Assembly: GCA_030390025.1 (NCBI GenBank)
Contig: CM059431.1
Location: 144,586,001 to 144,650,000, forward strand
Direction of reading: 5' to 3'
DNA length: 64,000 nt
Source of the DNA: Squalus acanthias
Lineage: Eukaryota
The notes beneath the pieces are model-generated. The model searched no databases and was not told where the DNA came from. It worked only from the letters and a program-made list of their open reading frames with translations. Position numbers and translations under genes: made by a program. How positions within the stretch are numbered: the stretch's first letter is position 1; every line of letters starts with the position of its first letter. Positions 37,037 to 50,185 of this stretch are shown piece after piece.

Positions 37037-40000
37037 TCTAGTGTGTTACATGGCACTTTAGGCATTACTGTACATGGTTGTTGGTAGGAACAGAATTACT
37101 GTCCAATTTGCATTGACCAGTAATATTTGTTCCAATTCTCTTATGTTCTTTGCTTGTAGATTTGTAGAGGGAACTGACATCATGGTGCTGACGGAGTTGG
37201 TGTTGGGTTTTACTCCCCTGACTTGTTGGTCCGGCGGAATTCCGAGACTGTGGAAACTAACATCTGGTCACTGAGAAAACCGAAGCATTCTGACACAGAC
37301 ACTGATCGGCGGCAACATTTCCTGTTGTAAAACAATCAGACTGTGACCTCACTTCCTGCGGCCCACCGTGAAGAGCGCCACAATCTGGAGTAGGGGGGTA
37401 TGATGACGTAGGGGGGCTTTAAGAGGTGAATCTGGTTCGCCACACTTCTGTCACTAACAGCCAATTGGTGCAACGCTCAGCCGATTCTGTGACATGTCAC
37501 CAATTATGTTCAGGTACTCCTGCATCTTTCACTCCTTGCAGTTTTTTTTATTCAGCAGTTTTGTTTTATTTTTGTATTTCAAGGATAACAAATGCATCGA
37601 TAATATTTATGATTTCTATTTTTTCGCGATCATTAGACTTGTGGACATCAACTCTTGGCATTTAATTTAACGCAAATTGTATTTAATACCGGCCAAGGTA
37701 AAGATCCCGTTAGATTCATCTAGCATTGAGTGGAACAAGTGAAAGATTCCGATGCTAAGTGCGGCCGTCAGACTCAGGATGGAACTCTGTAATCCTCCAC
37801 TAACAGTCTACAACCACAGAACTCTCTGCACTGTGATACAAACACATCCAACGTGATCATCGTGTTCCGACTTATAGATGCACAACGGAGAACTTCGCGT
37901 GAGTCACACCCCAACTATTCCAGGCTTTCTTTCTACCTCATTGTGCAATACATTTACAGCAAACATTTAAATCTGTTGCTGAGTCTAAGAATTTATGAGA
38001 GTCGGTTTCATCTACAGGAACTGAAATCTGACCCACCATCCAAATGCTGCCACTGCCCAACTGACTGTGATAGTAGAGTCTTAAAAGAATTGGTGGCTAC
38101 TTCACCAGTGTCGGCACTTTATCAATTAGTATTCGTAAAATAAGGAACAAGATCAATAACTCCGTATCTACTGAACTTTGCTCCGCTTTAGTTAATTCTG
38201 CCGAATAAGCCACAGGTTCAGGTGAACATTCCAACTTCGATGGGGGGTAAACTGCCGGTGGGATATTTTACACCCGGCCAATGGACGTTTTCATTAGAGT
38301 CAAAGGAAGGGAAATTCGGCCGGGTGTATGACTGGCGGACAGTCCGCTCCAGCCAGATTTTCGCCCAGGCCGAAATTGAAAATGACTCTATTTTCAGAAT
38401 ATTCAGGTTGCACTAAAGCCAAATGGATTGATCACTAAATTTACAACTTTTGTTTAAACAGCTAAAATTGTGGCCGCTGAAATGGTCCTTACATCTAGTC
38501 CTGGAGGTCTCGCTAGAAATAAAGAACTTGGGATGAAATTAACCACGGGAGCAGAGGCCAAACCGGCGGTGTCACATCGTTCGTCTGTTACACGCTGCGA
38601 TTGGGCGTTCCCTATAACAGGAAGTGATGTGATTCTGCCTTACTCCTTAAGACGAGTTTCTACCCCTTGCATTTATAAAGCGACTTTCAAGGCCCCCGGA
38701 CGTCTTAACGCTGCTCACAGCTAACAAATACTTTTAAAGTGTAGTTACTGCAGTAATGTCAGGAAATGCGTAAGACAATTGCGCACAGCAAGGTCCCGCA
38801 AGCAGCAATACGTTAAATGACCAGAAAGGATAAAATATGGCATGGACTTGGGAGACGAACCGACCGGTATCGCATCGATCGCCTGTTATACGCTGGGCCG
38901 ATATTCATTAGATTGACTTCACTAGAAATGAATATCGAGCCTGTCGTATAACGGTCGGCAAATGCGAATCGTCTGGTTTGCGATCCTTCCCGTGTCCAAT
39001 TGCACCCCCAATGATCTGTTGTAATTCTGTTTGTTCAGGAATAAATACTGACCAGGACTCCGGAAGATTAGAGATACCATGCAAGGCCGACTCGTGTAGC
39101 AATTAGGAACTCTTTGGCAAACCGAGAGCTGAATTACTGTTTTTCTTGTGGACCCTAACCCATAATAGACAGGCAGCGTAAGAGCTCTAATCTGAACTAC
39201 CACGGCCACTCCCCTCCCCTTGGGTTCAGGGCGGGAAATTCCCGCACTGGGCGCAAAACAACGGCATCAGGAGAACTACAGAAATCCGGTATATGATAGA
39301 AAGCACACAAACCGATTGTCCAAAATAAAACAACTTAAAAACAATAAATTTTAAAGGAAATTTCAACCAATATATGCGATGCCGATCGATCACGGAAAGC
39401 GTGTAAAGATGGAGTGAACACTGCGCTGGCTGTTTTCTATGTGTAACCGGGTACATTGAAGATCAGACCAGTGGAAGCAGTCCGCGACATCTCCTCTGCT
39501 GATCTTAAATATCCTGCAGTGTGAACGGTGGATTTGACCAATCCCAGGGGCAGCCCGTCCTTCACATCTTCCAATCACTAACCCAAACACCGCTGCTTAT
39601 ATTGGAAAACAGTTTCAGCTGAGGCACAAGAGGAGGGCGTAAACATTTTTAGTTAATTGGCTCAAGATTTCATCTGATGTCTTTGCACCGAGCAACGCTC
39701 TCAAACCCAGATCCCCTGTGGGGCCGGGCGGAGCTCCCAATACACCGCCTTACACTGGGGATACCCGGTCAACATCAGTTGGTAAAAGGCAGGGGGTATT
39801 ATATATTATTGTCTGTGTGGAAACACAAGCAGAGGATTGATCCATCTCAATACCTAACTATTACATTGTACAGATCGTTGAATTAACTGCATCGGATATT
39901 TAGGTTATTATAAATTCTTACATAGTTTTACTTGTTGATCCAGAACGCTGATTCAGATACATAGCAGTCAGATATCCCAGGAAAAATTTGGAAACAAATG

Positions 40001-40627
40001 AAACTTTATTTTAATGTTGCTGGACAGCCTTCGACTATTTCTCATTAATAGCGACGTCAGAAAAAAGCAGGTAAAACGAGCCAACTTCAGTTAACATTCA
40101 TAAAATGGTGAAACATCGCGACACTGTGAAGGAGACAGCGGCACCGCTCCTTAATCGCAGGAGACGGGATGAGGTGGTCGGTGCAGTTTCAATCAGTCCA
40201 AGCAACATTTTCAGCAAACCTGCGAGAAAAAGTAATGCCACCAGGATTTTAAAGTACCAAGTCTTACCCTAAATCTGGCGGATATTCCTGTCAATTACAC
40301 GGTAGAATTAAATTACAGTCCTCACTCTGCCATATATTAAACCCGTTGATCAAATATTCTATTCCATTATTAAACTTCATTCCTCACTGACACTTTTCAC
40401 ACTTTTCATGCTTGAGGCGGAAAGTCCCTATTTGTCAGGAGTCATCAGTGAACGAACTCTTGAAACCCATGGTCAATGTTGGGTTGAATGACACAAAGGG
40501 GCACAGATATAGTCGTGTACCTGAGCGATTTTACAAGAACCATCTTGATGTAGTTGTATGGAGAGAGAACTCCAAATCTAAACTGCAATAGGAACTAAAA
40601 GTGAATTCTAATTTTCCATAGCGAGCT

Positions 40628-41798
40628 CTAGTTCGTATTTCTTTTATTTTTAACCAATCTTCGAATCAGTGTACAGGGAGATTTCAGCACCTTCTTCAGT
40701 TCTTCTCTGAATTTCCTCTGGGTCGCTGCATAAATCCACGTGTTCAGACATGAACTCAAAAGCTTCAGCATGGCTCCGGTTTCGGTGGCGATATATCCAG
40801 GGTTTGTGCGGTCACCTCGGTAATAATTGGTGTTTGACAATCCGTAGTTGCAAAACTCACGACAGCTGTCAACCAAAACAGTACAAAGCTGCCCGAAATA
40901 GTGAAGAGTAAAATGATGGATTTCCTTCGATTGTTCTTTTACAAGGTCAGAACAGAGAACATTGTTATAACCGCGACCGCGGTTTTCTTGGTGCAATATT
41001 TAGTTTTAAACTTCTGGCAGCAGATAACTACACATCGGTCAAATGTGAAGGTGACGGTGAACCAAACAGACAAATATGTGGTGACAGTAGTGATGTACAG
41101 AATGAACTTACACACGGGAGTGTGGGACAGGAATGAAAGTGGAAAGTGATAACTGAAAATATAATACACCATTACATTGAAGATCATGACCAGTAGATCT
41201 GCTGTTGCCATGGCCACCATGTAGACAGAGATACACTTGGAAAGGCCGCAGTTTCCTCGGCAGAGAATCACAATTGTCACCAAGTTCGCTGTAAGAAAGA
41301 GAGAGGAGAGAAATAATGTTCCAGTGTATGACTGAAATAAATATAGAGATTGAGATCATTTAACTCCATTAAGGGTGATTATCAACACGGAGCAGTGTGA
41401 GAACAGGATTAGTATTGGAGCCATTAACTGGGAAACCCACCCACACATTTTAATGAGCTGCTGCAGCGCTCACTCTGCACGGGGTGTCAAGAGGGTCCGA
41501 AAATCCGCCAAAATCCTTGTGTTGCAGCTTCAAAGAACGTTGTAACATCAGTGAGGTTATCAGATTAAGGGGAACGCGGGAAGTGCTGGCATGCGGTTCA
41601 CGAGTTGGTTCCAGTCACTACAGACTGTGCTGACATCCGGTAAAACCGTCACCTTACCCAGCAAGTTGTAAGAACCGGGGGAGAGTTACAACCGATTACC
41701 AACAAACAGGTTACAATGGCTCACTCACCGGGAACACCGACGGCTGCTAGAATCCGGTAGTAAATCTCTTTTATCAGTAGAATAGTTGGTCGCTCCAT
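40628..41798 (-). pseudogene. GPR139/GPR142-like class A GPCR pseudogene, two exons (41798-41729, 41288-40628)
   Basis: Exon 1 MERPTILLIKEIYYRILAAVGVP G|gtgag; exon 2 ANLVTIVILCRGNCGLSKC..TFTFDRCVVICC; TAA at 40939-40941; ~258-nt deletion relative to paralog 1; 1-nt frameshift ~40844; C-terminus NTWIYAATQRKFREEL. Confidence 0.9.
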
Positions 41799-42249
41799 TT
41801 TCTGTGAGATTCGATGAATTCTTCAGGAGCTGAAAGTCTCTGACTGGCGCACGGCTGAGGCAATGGAAGGGAACCTATATTTATTCACAAATCAATCCTC
41901 CAGGGTGTCAATCAGGTTAAATCTTAATTAGCATTAGTTACAGTCATTTAACAAATAGACTCAGCTAGGTTGTATTGCTTATCTGAATGGTCAGATGAAG
42001 AGAAATGTGTGAAATTGTTATTGGAGAGTTTAACAAATATACAATTAAAAGATTGTTTACAAGTGAAAAATGCAATCTCGCAGTATTAGTGCTGTCTCTA
42101 TTCCTACAGGCCTGGTGAAGGATGCTCCCCTTATATTAATCGCCATGACCCTGCCTATTATTCACTGCTAATGCACCAAATTCTACAGAACAGGCGGTGA
42201 AACAAATCCTGCATTAATGGTGATAAATCCAGTCCAGCAGCATTAGCCA

Positions 42250-43540
42250 TGACCGTCTTCCTCCAGTACTATACATATCGCTACACTTATACTAGAGGTT
42301 ATTGCGCTCCTCCTGTACAAGTGGCACACCAACACTTACACTAGAGGTGACTGTGCTCCTCCGGTACAACTATTTACAATCTATATTAATGACCAGGATG
42401 AAGGGACCGAGTGTAATGTAGCCAAATTGGCTGATGATACAATGAGAGGTGGGAAAGCAAATTGTGTGGAGGACGCAAAGAATCCACAAAAGGATATAGA
42501 TAGGCTAAGTGTGTGGGCGAAAATCTGCCAGATGGAGTTTAATTTCTGAAAATGCGAGGTTATTAACTTTGGTAGGAAAAATAAAAACAATCAAATTATT
42601 ATTTAAATGATGAGAGATTACAAAATGCTGAGGTACAGAGGGATCTGGGGTCCTAGTACATGAATCAGAGAAAGGTAGCATGCAGGTACAGCAAGTAATT
42701 AGGAAGGCAAATGGAGTGTTGGCTATTATTGTAAAGGGAATGGAGTATAAAAGTAGGAAAGTCCTGTTACAGCTGTACAGGGCGTTGGTGAGACCAGACC
42801 TGGAGTACTGCGTACAGTTTTGGTCTCCTTATTTAAGGAAGGATATACTTACATTGGAGGCAGTTCAGAGAAGGTTCACGAGGTTGATTCCGGAGCTGAA
42901 GGGGTTGTCATATGAAGAAAGATTGAGCAGGTTGGGCTATACTCATTGGAGTTTAGAAGAATGAGAGGGGATCTTATTGAAACATATAATGGGCTTGACA
43001 GGGTAAATGCATAGAGGGTGTTTCCCCTCGTGGTGAAATCTAGAACTAGGGGGCATAATTTCAGAATAAGTGTGCACCCAATTAAATCGGAAATGAGGAG
43101 AAATTTCTTCTCTCAGAAGGTCGTGAATCTTTGGAATTCTCTTCCCCAGAGAGCTATGGCAGCTGGGTCATTGAATCTATATAAGGTGGAGAAAGAGAGA
43201 TGTTTGAAAGGTAAAGGAGTCAAGTGTTACGGGGAGCAGGCAGGGAAGTGCAGGTGAGGCCAAGTTCAGAGCGGCCATGATGTTATTGAATGGCGAGCGG
43301 GCTCGAGGGGCCAAATGACCTACTCCTGCTCCTATGTCTTATGTTCTTATGTTCTCCCGTACTAGTCGAACCCTTAATATTATCATAGAGTGTACCGTGC
43401 TTATCCGCTGTTAGTGGTATCCTACACTTACACGAGATGTAAGCGTGTTTCTCCTTCACTACTCTTTACAATAAACCTACACTGGAGGTGACCACGCTCA
43501 TCGGGTACTGGTGGTACACAACACTAGAGAGAGGTGAATA
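42250..43540 (-). repeat. Degenerate 49-bp satellite remnants upstream of GPCR paralog 2 (42250-42368, 43355-43540; continues at 48300-48415)
   Basis: cctacacttacactagaggtgactgtgctcctccggtac motifs are the reverse complement of the 49-bp unit. Confidence 0.75.
42369..43354 (+). mobile_element. CR1 3' part inserted in the satellite
   Basis: QLFTIYIND..LADDT..LVRPDLEYCVQFWSPYLRKD; (TTATGTTC)n tail. Confidence 0.88.
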
Positions 43541-43569
43541 TGTGGAAGCTGATGAAGAGATTCCGAATA

Positions 43570-43785
43570 ATGCACATGTTCACTGACGACACCCAACTCT
43601 ACCTCCCCACCACCTGTCCCGATCCCTCCGCTGTCTCTAACTCGTCAATTCGTGTCCAACATCCATTACTGCATGCGCAGAAATTGCCTCCAACTAAATA
43701 TTAGGAAGACCAAATCATTGTCTTCGGTCAACGGCACAAACACAATTCACTAGCCAGCAACTCCATCCCTGTCCCTACGATAAAT
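43570..43785 (+). mobile_element. L2 LINE fragment (left flank of Gypsy A)
   Basis: HMFTDDTQLYL..LQLNIRKT remnant. Confidence 0.6.
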
Positions 43786-43790
43786 GTAAC

Positions 43791-44005
43791 TGACGTAATA
43801 AAGACTCACTACGCACTTGAACATAAAGCAAGGTTTTAATCAACTTGTAACAAAACATGGAGGTCTGGTTAGCAGTCACTAGCTTCCTGTTTCCAGATTG
43901 TCTCTGCCCAAGGTGGGCCCATGCCTGAGTATTTATACTCCCTGGACGGCGCCCCAGCTGGCCGCCCAGTAGTACTTCCTGAGTTGTTACTTGCGATTTA
44001 TGACA
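43791..44005 (-). repeat. 3' LTR of Gypsy A
   Basis: 210/215 identical to 48079-48293. Confidence 0.95.
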
Positions 44006-44043
44006 TTCTTCCTCCCTAAAAGGTTTGGAAGTCCAGTCTTCCT

Positions 44044-47000
44044 TTAACGGACTAGGCGGACCAGAAATAGCCGCAGACGTTTAGCTCTCTGCTTGTGACT
44101 GGAAGGCACGTCTCCCCGGACCGTGTCCTGGTCCCTGGGGCGCTTGGCCCATCCCGGTAAGTCAGTAGAGTCCGCGTCATCTTGATCATCCTGTGGAGGA
44201 CTGGGAATATCATGACTCCGGGTGCGGGTCCCCACAGGTGCTGAGCTGGCCTCATCCCGGGTCATGGCTGGAGATTGTCCGGCATCCTGGTTTCGGGTGG
44301 CCATCCTACGGGGAGCGTCCAGCTCCCTGAGTTGATCCGGTAGTTTTGCCGGCAGATCCCCCGATGTCCCAGGCGGGGCGTCATTTACATAGGGGTGCGG
44401 AGTATTGATATCATTGTCGGGGGATCCTTCATCATTCGGGCCCGTGTGACTGGTTGGGCAGGGAGCTAGATCTCGGAGCGAGACGGTGGTCTCCCGGCCA
44501 TCAGGGTACCGTATATGCGCATACGTGGGGTTTACCTCCATTAACTCCACCTCGTCAATGAGAGGGTCGTTTTTGGCAGACCGGACGAACCTCCGGAGTA
44601 GTACCGGGCCTGGAGCCACCAACCATGACGGTAGAGACGTCCCATGTGTAGAGCGACGCCGGAATTTGAAGAATCGCTCATGAGGCGTGACATTAGTAGA
44701 TGTGGAGAGAAGAGACCTGATAGAGTGTAACGCGTCGGGGAGCACCGTTTCCCACTGCTGGTCCGGCAGGTTGCGTGACCTTAGTGCCAGACAGACAGCG
44801 TTCCAGATGATGGCATTGTATCGTTCAACCTGTCCGTTACCGATTGGGTGATATGGTGTCGTCCTACTTGAGGCGATTCCCCGTTGGGAGAGATAACTTT
44901 TAAGTTCACTCGACACTGCTATCAGTGTGGATAAAATTGGCCGTCCCGCAAAGGGAAAAGACCTGATCGAGGCATTTAATTACCGTAGAGGTAAGCATAT
45001 TAGGGCAGGGGAAGGCGAAGGGAAAGCGTGAATACTCGTCCACCAGCGTAGGTAGGTAGGTGTTCTTTGTCGACGAAGGCAATGGCCCTTTAAAGTCTAT
45101 GCTGAGCCTCTGCATAGGCTGCATTGCATGTATGAGTAAGCCATCTGATGGGCGAAAGAATTGTGGTTTCAATTCTGCACAAATCCTACAGGAGGAGCAT
45201 GTTTTCTTTACGTCCTCGGTTGAAAATGGTAGATTTTTGGAGCGCACAAAGTGCAACATGCGGGTCAGACCAGGATGGCATAAGTCCATATGCAAATCCG
45301 CCAGAGTCGACGTTGACATTGAGGAGCAAAATGCCCGTGTGAAGGTATCTGGGGCCACGTTCTGTTTGCCGGGTCGGTAACAGATAGTATATCCAAAGGC
45401 AGCCAGCTCCATCCTCCAGAGTTGAATTTTATTATTTTTGATTTTCGTGCGCCTCTGGTTATCCAACATGAAGGCCACAGAGCGCTGGTCAGTTATAAGC
45501 ATAAAATGACGCCGAGCAAGAAAATGACCCCATTGGCGTACAGCCTCGATGATGGCCGTAGCCTCCTTCTCGACGGGGGGGTAATGGAGCTCGCTACCCT
45601 GCAAGGTTCTGGATAGGAATGCCACGGGTCGGCCACCTTGATTCAAGGTAGCAGAGATCCCCACCTCCGATGCATCGCATTCGACCACAAAAGGAAGATT
45701 TTCGTCAATGGAGCGAAGCGTGGCTTTCTCCAGCTGTCGTTTGAGGAGGTTGAAGGCAGAAATAGCCGTAGCTTCCAATGGGAAAGACTTCGCATGGAGC
45801 CGGGGCTGTATTTTATCGGAGAAGTGTGGTATCCATTTTGCGTAATAAGCAAACATGCCAAGTGCCCGACGAAGAGAGCCGAGGTTCGTTGGGGGAGGGA
45901 GCTCCTGAAGTGGACGAAGTCGCTCTGGGTCCGGTTTAATAACACCGTTGCCCACCCAGTAGCCAAGAATGTTCACCGATGGCACCGACTTCACCGATTT
46001 GGATTCGTTTAACGTTAAGTGGCGACGGCGGAGTACGTCAAAAAATCTCTGAAGATTGGCGTCATGCTCCTTTTGATCATGGCCGGCAATAGTGATATTG
46101 TCTAAATACGGAAAGGTATCCGTCAAGTTCTCTTGCCGGACTAGGCCATCCATGGCCCGTTGGAAGACGGCCACCCCATTGGTGACCCCGAATGGAAGGC
46201 GGTGAAACTGGAAAAGCCGACCATTGGCCTCAAAGGCCGTATACTTCTTGTCAGAGTCTTGCAGTGGCACCTGATGGTACGCGCTTTTTAAATCGAAGGT
46301 CGAGAATACCTTGTATTTGGCAAGGTTGTTGACCATGTCATCTATGCGTGGCAGCGGGTAGGCATCCAGATCGGTATATAGATTAATAGTCTGCGAATAA
46401 TCGATACACAGACGTTTTTTATGTTGTTTTAAGGGATTCCTCACGATGACGACCTGAGCCCGCCAGGGAGATGAACATGGCTCGATAATATCGTCGACTA
46501 AAAGGCGAGAGATTTCCGCCTCAATAAACGCTCGATCATCTTGGCTAAAGCGCCGCGATTTTGTGGCTATGGGTTTACAGCGGGGGGGGGGCGAAGATTG
46601 GCAAATAGGGAGGGTTCACCGAGTAAGGCCGCCGAGAGTGCACAAAACGGCACCTTAGAAATGGTAAGCTCCGGCCTTGACCCTCCAAACTCAAAAGTGA
46701 TCTTCTTGTGCTGCTTCTGGAAGTCCTGTCCCAGAAGCACATCGCTGCATAAGTTTGCAAGTACTCCGAGCCGGGTGGAGAGATACGTGCGGCCGTTGAG
46801 GATGAGGTTGACCAGACAGAAGCCAGAAGAATTGGTGGTCAGAGTCGTCAGAGCCATTGCAATCTCCCTGTCCGAGGGATAAATGTGCAGTTTTAACCTG
46901 TTGACAGCCCGCTTACTAATGAAGCTGTCAGAGCTGCAGGAGTCGATTAGCGCGCTTAGAGTGTGCCCATTTACTGAAACCTTCGTGGCTGCATGGGACA

Positions 47001-47978
47001 AACTTTGGGGAAAAACAGCCGTGATGGGAGGAGGGGCAATTTTCCCTTCGGCAACTGTAGCCTTAACAGTAGTTCTTGGGGGAGGAGCAGCTCCATAGAT
47101 AGCAGCTGTGAAGCTAACAGGAGCTCTCGACCGGTATACTTTAGAGGAGAGGCCTTTCTTGTTAGCAAAGGCCCGTGACTGGCATACCTTGGAAAAGTGT
47201 CCTTTCTTGCTGCAATGATTGCAGGTCACATTACGAGCCGGGCAAAATTTTCTGTGATGGCACGCCCCTCCACAAAAGAAACACTTTCTTCCTGATTGCC
47301 AGGATGCTGCTAGGGCGGGGTCGTCATCAGCGAAGGCCTCTAGGGTAGGGTCGTCGTCTGTTAGAGTAGAGTCAACATCAGTGGGGGCATCCGCCCGAGA
47401 CCTACCGAAAGTTCATTAAAGGAGATAGCCGCCGCCTGTGCACGTGGTGGGAGATAAGTGTCTGCATTTTTCTTGGCCAAGTCCAAGGAACACGCCTGGT
47501 CATAAGCAGCCCGTAAATTGAGGATTTTATTTTCCAGCAGGCGCTGACGTATAAAAGGGGACGCGATTCCATTGATAAAGGAATCGCGGATTAGTTCCTG
47601 TTGATACTGTTCAGCTGAAACTGCTTTAAGGTTACAATCCTTGCTGAGCCTGCGAAGTTTCTGGAGAAATTCATCGAGTGATTCCCCAGGCTGCTGCCGA
47701 GTTGTGGCCAGTAGGTGTCGAGCAAAGATTTCATTTGGGGACTTGACATATAGCTGCTGTAAGATTTCGATAGCAGTGTCATAGTCTATACAGTCCTCAA
47801 TATAATCATACACATGAGGGGACACGTAGTTGATAAGCATTCGTAACTTATTAGGGACATCCGCCCCACATTCTTCAAGAAAGTTGCTAAAGGTACGAAA
47901 CCAATGCTTCCATACCTTTGCTGCCACAGGTGCATTCGGGTCCAGGTCGAGACGAGCGGGTCTAAGGAGTTTTTCCAT
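44044..47978 (-). pseudogene. Gypsy A gag-pol with three frameshifts (~47400, poly-G 46582-46591, ~44915)
   Basis: Gag MEKLLRPARLDLDPN, CCHC knuckles, PR ALIDSCS, RT FDLKSAYHQ/YLDN, RH VECDAS, IN HHCC + IDFKG/GQVER. Confidence 0.92.
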
Positions 47979-48078
47979 GATGGATCAGTTTCTTGCCCAA
48001 GTTCCCTTCTGTGGTTCGAGTTGCAGCTGGTTGTTCCGAATCATCCAAAGCGTGGAGACGATATCAAGTTGATTAAAT

Positions 48079-48293
48079 TGATGTAATAAAGACTCATTAC
48101 GCACTTGAACATAAAGCAAGGCTTTAATCAAATTGTAACAAAACATGGAGGTCTCGTTAGCAGTCACTAGCTTCCTGTTTCCAGATTGTCTCTGCCCAAG
48201 GTGGGCCCATGCCTGAGTATTTATACTCCCTGGACGGCGCCCCAGCTGGCCGCCCAGTAGTACTTCCTGAGTTGTTACTTGCGATTTATGACA
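48079..48293 (-). repeat. 5' LTR of Gypsy A
   Basis: TG..CA ends; minus-strand TATAAATA and ATTAAA. Confidence 0.95.
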
Positions 48294-48417
48294 GTAACTG
48301 TAACCTCCGATACTCCCTACACTTAGACTAGAGGTGACCGTGCTGCTCCGGTACTAGTGGCACCTACAGTTGCACGAGAAGTGACCACCCTCCTATGGTA
48401 TAGGTGGTACACAACAT

Positions 48418-50185
48418 TTTCTTTCGTTCCTGGAATGTGGGCGGCGCTAGCAAGTCCAGCATTTATTGCCCATCCCTAATTCCCCTTGAGAAGGTGGTGG
48501 GGAGCCGCCTTCTTGAAACAGCTGCAGTCAGTGTGGTGAAGTTTTACCAAAGTGCTGTTAGGGAGGAAGCTCTAGGAATTTGAGCCAGCGACGATGAAGA
48601 ATCGGCGATATATTTCAAAGTGAGGATGGTGTATGACTTGGTGTTAAAGTTGGAGGTGGTAGTGTTCCCATTCGCCTACTGCCCTTGTCCTTCTAGGTGG
48701 AAGAGGTCGCAGGTTTTTGAGTTGCAGTCGAAGAAACCTTGACAAGTTGCTGCAGGTTTTCCTGTAAATGGTACACACTGCTGCCATGGTACGCCGGTGG
48801 TGGAATGTTTAAGGTGGTGGATGGGGTGCCAACTAAACGGATCGCTTTGTCTTGAATCGTGTCGACCTTCTTGAGTGTTGTTGGAGCTGCACATATCCAC
48901 GCAAGTGCAGACTATTCCATCACACTCCTTACTTATGCCTTGTAGATGGTGGGAATGCTTTAGGGAGTCAGGAGGTGAGACACTCGCCGCAGAATACCCG
49001 GCCTTTGACCAGCTCTTATAGCCACAATATTTATTTGGCGTCTCCAGTTAAGTTTCTGGTCAAAGATGACTCCCAGGTTGTTATAGGTGGGAGATTCGGC
49101 GATTGTAATGCCGTTGAATGTCATGGGGCGGTGGTTAAACTCACTTTTTTTGAAGATAGTCATTGACTGGCACTTGGGTGGCGCGAATGTTACTTGCCAT
49201 CTTTCAGCCCAAGCCTGGATGTCGTCCAGGTCCTGCTACATGCCGGCATTGGCTGCTTTATTTTCTGAGGAGTTGTAGATGGAACTGAACACTGTGCAAT
49301 AATCAACGAACGTCTCCAATTCTGACCTTATATGAAGCAGCTGAAGATGGTTCGGTCTAGGACTCTGCACTCCTGCAGCGATGTCCTGAGGCTGAGGAGA
49401 TTGAACTCCAACAGCGACAGCAATCTTCTTTTGTGCTAGGTATCACTCCAGCCAGTGGAGAACTTTCCCCCGATTCCCATTGACATCAATTTTACAAGGG
49501 CTCCTTGATGACACACTCGGTCCAATGCTGCCTTGATGTCAAGCTCAGTCACTCTCACCTCACCTCTGGAATTCAGCTCCTTTGTCCATGTTTGGCTGAA
49601 AGCTGTAATGAGGTCAGGAGCCTAGTGGTCTTGGCAGAACCCAAACTGGGCATCAGTGAGCAGGTTATTGGTGAGTAAGTGCCACTTGATAGCACTGTCG
49701 ATTACACCTTCCATCACTTTGCTGATGATTGAGAGAAGACTGATGGGGTGGTAATTGGCTTCTTTGGATTTGCCCTGCTTTTTGTGGACAGGACATACAT
49801 GAGCAGTTTTCCACACGGTCTGGTGGATGCCAGTGTAGCAGCTGTACTGGAACTGTTTGGCTACATGCACAGCTAGTTCTGGACCACAATCTTCAGCACG
49901 ACAGCCGGGATGCTACCGGGTCCCATAGACTTGACTTATCCAGTGTGCTCATCCGTTCTGATATCAAGTGGAGTAAATCTAATTGGCTGAAGACTGGGTT
50001 CTGTGATGTTGGGGACCTCAGGAGGAGGTGGAGATGGATCATCCACTCGGCACTTCTGACTAAAGATGGTTGCAAAATCTTCAGCCTTGTCTTTTATACT
50101 TGCACGCTGGGGTCTTCCTTTATTTAGGATGGGGATGTTCACGGAGCCTCCTCCTCCCGTTAATTGCTTAATTTTCAGCACTATT
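48418..50185 (-). mobile_element. Non-LTR retrotransposon family B, degenerate RT + 3' end
   Basis: NYHPISLLSIISKVMEGVI..QFGF; 3' part matches 28920-30122. Confidence 0.85.

Larger units (their letters stand above)
43791..48293 (-). mobile_element. Full-length Ty3/Gypsy LTR retrotransposon A (decayed gag-pol)
   Basis: 215-bp TG..CA LTRs, TSD GTAAC (43786-43790 / 48294-48298), PPT AGGGAGGAAGAA (44006-44017); order gag-PR-RT-RH-IN. Confidence 0.96.

Noticed and set aside
46582..46591. Programmed gag-pol frameshift in Gypsy A
   Set aside because: Element B is a single ORF across this point; a homopolymer indel or assembly error is more likely.
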